Source of the DNA: a virus
Lineage: Duplodnaviria; Caudoviricetes
Reading direction: 5' to 3' (one strand)
Virus record (IMG/VR): IMGVR_UViG_3300010396_000051
Span: 1 to 56,086 of that record
DNA length: 56,086 bases
Part shown: piece after piece, positions 53,268-56,086 of the stretch
Position numbering within the stretch: position 1 is the first letter of the stretch
How the letters are laid out: each line of letters begins with the position of its first letter
The notes under the pieces: generated by a model
The model's database searches: none
What the model saw: the letters and a program-made list of their open reading frames with translations, nothing else
What the model was told of the DNA's origin: nothing
Program-made: the position numbers and the translations under genes

Positions 53268-56086
53268 TCACAGCACCCCGTATATCGTGATAGTTGACCC
53301 CGCCGCAAAATGGCCGCCGCCACTATCAGTTAGAGAGATAGAATTAATCGCGGCAGATGTATTTGCCCATTCTCCGGTGTAATAAAACCCCATGTTTGTT
53401 GGATCAGGGGAACCATTACCGCGATTACTCGAAGAACTCCAATTGCGATTGAATGTTGTATTTGCATAATCGTCAATCCATACTGTCGCCTGGCCAGCTT
53501 GGCCGCTAGGAGCCCCGGCCGCGGCTAGAGATGCAAATATGGCGCTTGTGATCGTTCCGCTCTGCCCACCAGGCGTCGTTGCCCCGCCAAAAATCAGTGC
53601 TCTTGTGTAGTTTGATCCCGTGTCGCCATTGAACCGAGCTAATACATCTACAGCCTCGGCCCCTGCATCATCAAAACGTGCATGAATCATAATGACAAGA
53701 TGGTTATAGGTAGACGGGATAGAAGAAAATGTTACCGTTGACGTGCTGCTTCCTGAGATTACGCACTTCCCGCCCGATGTTGAGCCGCAGCCTGTATTGG
53801 TCACCGTTCCGGTGATGTTAGTCCATGCGCCGGAACTACCTCCGCCACCACAGGGGGCTCCTGAATCCGCAATTTGCCCCGTAGTGCCAGAAAATTGCGC
53901 GCAATCGAGGTTAGTGCTTGTCGTGGGGCCAGTAGTTAATCCCGCACCACTTCCCGCGAGGGCCTTGCTGCTGGTCGCCGTAGTCGAGCTTCCGGCAATC
54001 AATGCCTGCCCCGTTGTGGCGCCCGAAATACCCCCGGTTGCAATCTGATTATCTGTGCCCGCATCTGCGATCTTCGTTGCCAGATTCGCGCCGAAGCTAT
54101 TGTTTGTTGCGTAGTGGTTCCCATTGCTTGTTGAATCGATGTTGATGCCGGTTCCAGTGGGACTGCCTGCTGAACTGAAAAGTCCGTTTCCGCTTAGGGC
54201 ATTGGTCCCGCTGCTCGAAATCACATTGATATCGGCCTGGGTCCCAGATCCGGTAATGATGTTGTTGGTGAGGACGATCCCATTCGAGGCGCTTAACTGA
54301 ATGCCGTACCCGACACCAGACCCCGTAGCTTTGATATTCAAGCCCTGAACCACTGTGGCGTTTGAGTTAGTGATGTTCACTGACCCAGAGTTGATGACCA
54401 TATTCGTCAGGTTTGCATTGAACATATGGTCAAGGGTGATAGCAACATTCCCCGTCGCAGTACACCACCCATCCCCGCCATTAATCATTACCTGCGTCTG
54501 GGAAGATGCGCCGGTAAGATTGATGCACGTTCCGACACTATCTAGAATCGGGCTGTCGATATGGACATCTGTCATCGTGCAGCCCGTAGCAACACATCCA
54601 ATACCCGTCTTGGCCTGTGCCACCTCGAAGTGATCGATCATGTAGTCAACCGCATTCCCAGGCCAATACAGACCCCAGGTATCGGGGCCGGTTCCACACA
54701 GGTTACCAAACTCATTTCGCAACAAACGTGTGCTCACGCCGTCCTGTCCCAGATACCATCCGTACTGTGTAGTCGAATACGTGAACCCTTCGGTGCAGTT
54801 CAACACCTTGTTGTTGGAAAATATTCCGCCACCTCCCGACGGAGTGTATTCCAGATCAAATCCTCTGACTTCATCGAACCACTGCGTTTGATCGACGATC
54901 TGTCCAACAGTGAAGTGCGCGAGCATTCCCGTAGCTGTTCCGGTTGGGGCAACCGAACGATAGAATGCGAAGTTGGTGAACTTATTTCCGCTGATCAGGC
55001 TTAAAGAGTTAGCACCTTGCACTTCGATCTTGTTGGCGCTGGCAGATGTGAGCACAAACGCGGTCTGCGGCTGGTTTACCGAAGTTCCGTTGACAGACCC
55101 CTGCACGCCACCGATGCCGACCCCCGATTTCGCAATGGAGATAGCCGCAGTGGTGCGGTAGAAGCCAATGCTGGCCGTGCACTGTCCGGCATTTAGAGCA
55201 TTGACGCAGGCCTGAATTGCCGCGAGTGAGTCAGTTCCGGCGATAGCCGCAGCCTTGCTCGAATAGGAGATCGCGCCAAACCATTCGATTGGCGCGGTTG
55301 GCCCCGGAAGGACGACTGTCCCCGATCCAGCGAAATGTTGATTCGGACCGCCATCCGTTTCTTTCGGGTTCTGAGTAAACGTGACGGTCTGCCCGCTTGC
55401 AATTGTCCATAGGCCCGCCTTCGAGAACTGCACAGGCACTGTAATGGTCCCGCCGGTCGCAATGGAAAGAGGGGTTGTGGCGTAATAGGTGCCTGACCCG
55501 CCAGCCGTGTTGATCTGCGCGACCGTAGTCTCCGCTACTGATCCGGTGACGTTGGTGTACCCACCCCCGCCAGCCCCGCAGATTCCGTTGGCTGCTGTGC
55601 AGATTCGAGCTTGGGCTGCTCCATTTTCCGAAACTTCAGCATTCCCTGAAGCGTCTACGGCATAAATTGCCGATCCGGCCAAGGTCGTTGGCGTGTGAGT
55701 GTCAGGAGTCAGAACAATTTGCGATGGGTCGGCGGTGGAAGAAACCGCAATAGGCTCGGTGGAAGTCACAACTCCAGCCGTCGTCGCCCCATCATCGACA
55801 TGTGAATTTCCAACCGTCGTCGTCGTCGCGAAAGCTGGCAGGAATCCAACCGTCCCCGGTCCGACACCTCCACCGCCAGCTCCGCACGCCGCGCCTGTCC
55901 CTGCAACCTGCCCCGTATTGTCTACATCGAGGCATTGCGTTCCGCCGCCAGCGAGATTTGGCAACAATGGCGCAGGCTGTGTCTGCTTCCCCGTCCATGT
56001 ATTCGCATGACCCAGCGCAAGGTCGAGCGTCGTGTTGGTTGGTGTCCCGCCAACCGCGAGTGTCCCGCCAGGGCTGGTAATAGTGT
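53268..56086 (-). CDS. 3' part of origin-spanning tailspike-like protein; central parallel beta-helix (pectin-lyase-like) region
   Basis: IEWFGA...DSLAAIQACVNA start-of-beta-helix motif, Asn/Gly/Ile-rich rungs, Gly-rich linkers, C-terminal FSSIPSTYNHL...GSTITIYGV module common in phage fibre tips. Confidence 0.8.
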   Translation of the reverse strand, partial: TITSPGGTLAVGGTPTNTTLDLALGHANTWTGKQTQPAPLLPNLAGGGTQCLDVDNTGQVAGTGAACGAGGGGVGPGTVGFLPAFATTTTVGNSHVDDGATTAGVVTSTEPIAVSSTADPSQIVLTPDTHTPTTLAGSAIYAVDASGNAEVSENGAAQARICTAANGICGAGGGGYTNVTGSVAETTVAQINTAGGSGTYYATTPLSIATGGTITVPVQFSKAGLWTIASGQTVTFTQNPKETDGGPNQHFAGSGTVVLPGPTAPIEWFGAISYSSKAAAIAGTDSLAAIQACVNALNAGQCTASIGFYRTTAAISIAKSGVGIGGVQGSVNGTSVNQPQTAFVLTSASANKIEVQGANSLSLISGNKFTNFAFYRSVAPTGTATGMLAHFTVGQIVDQTQWFDEVRGFDLEYTPSGGGGIFSNNKVLNCTEGFTYSTTQYGWYLGQDGVSTRLLRNEFGNLCGTGPDTWGLYWPGNAVDYMIDHFEVAQAKTGIGCVATGCTMTDVHIDSPILDSVGTCINLTGASSQTQVMINGGDGWCTATGNVAITLDHMFNANLTNMVINSGSVNITNSNATVVQGLNIKATGSGVGYGIQLSASNGIVLTNNIITGSGTQADINVISSSGTNALSGNGLFSSAGSPTGTGINIDSTSNGNHYATNNSFGANLATKIADAGTDNQIATGGISGATTGQALIAGSSTTATSSKALAGSGAGLTTGPTTSTNLDCAQFSGTTGQIADSGAPCGGGGSSGAWTNITGTVTNTGCGSTSGGKCVISGSSTSTVTFSSIPSTYNHLVIMIHARFDDAGAEAVDVLARFNGDTGSNYTRALIFGGATTPGGQSGTITSAIFASLAAAGAPSGQAGQATVWIDDYANTTFNRNWSSSSNRGNGSPDPTNMGFYYTGEWANTSAAINSISLTDSGGGHFAAGSTITIYGVL
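55964..56086. repeat. Terminal direct repeat, right copy (123 bp)
   Basis: Identical to 1-123. Confidence 0.95.

Noticed and set aside
55964-56086. 123-bp repeat as a physical terminal repeat of the virion DNA
   Set aside because: It falls in the middle of a continuous gene and is of assembler k-mer scale; most simply a circular-contig overlap
1-56086. Genome-wide TAG reassignment
   Set aside because: Standard code gives dense, intact genes, many ending in TAG at sensible positions; no suppressor tRNA seen
1-56086. CRISPR array, diversity-generating retroelement or retron
   Set aside because: No regularly spaced repeats and no reverse transcriptase ORF; the palindromes are dispersed

Overview
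Apparently complete, circularly assembled genome (~55,963 bp unique; bases 1-123 are repeated at 55964-56086) of a temperate, probably short-tailed dsDNA bacteriophage of a diderm bacterium. An Acidobacteriota host is my inference from integrase and exported-protein style, not a database result. Modules: a 4-glycosyltransferase/2-methyltransferase operon (1787-6298, +); a long minus-strand packaging and virion operon (TerL, portal, scaffold, major capsid, decoration, adaptors, nozzle, ejection proteins; ~29.5 kb to 6.5 kb); small early genes; a Sak4-like ATPase; tyrosine integrase with a likely attP; a lysis cassette (GH24 endolysin, membrane proteins, lipoprotein); and three signal-peptide-bearing, Cys/Ser/Thr-rich surface or tailspike-like proteins, one spanning the origin. 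Most unusual observations: (1) the major capsid reading frame has no ATG/GTG/TTG at its apparent N-terminus and is separated from the scaffold gene by a 622-nt LAGLIDADG-encoding insert whose ends form a 22-bp RNA helix flanked by GCA-UAA and GCA, suggesting long-range ribosomal bypass or structure-coupled AUU initiation; (2) two twister ribozymes between early genes; (3) two independent families of dispersed palindromes (8 and 7 copies); (4) a tRNA-like RNA with a large insert; (5) a tailspike-like protein with a Sec-type signal peptide. All calls are from reading the sequence and recognising motifs; no searches or folding programs were run.
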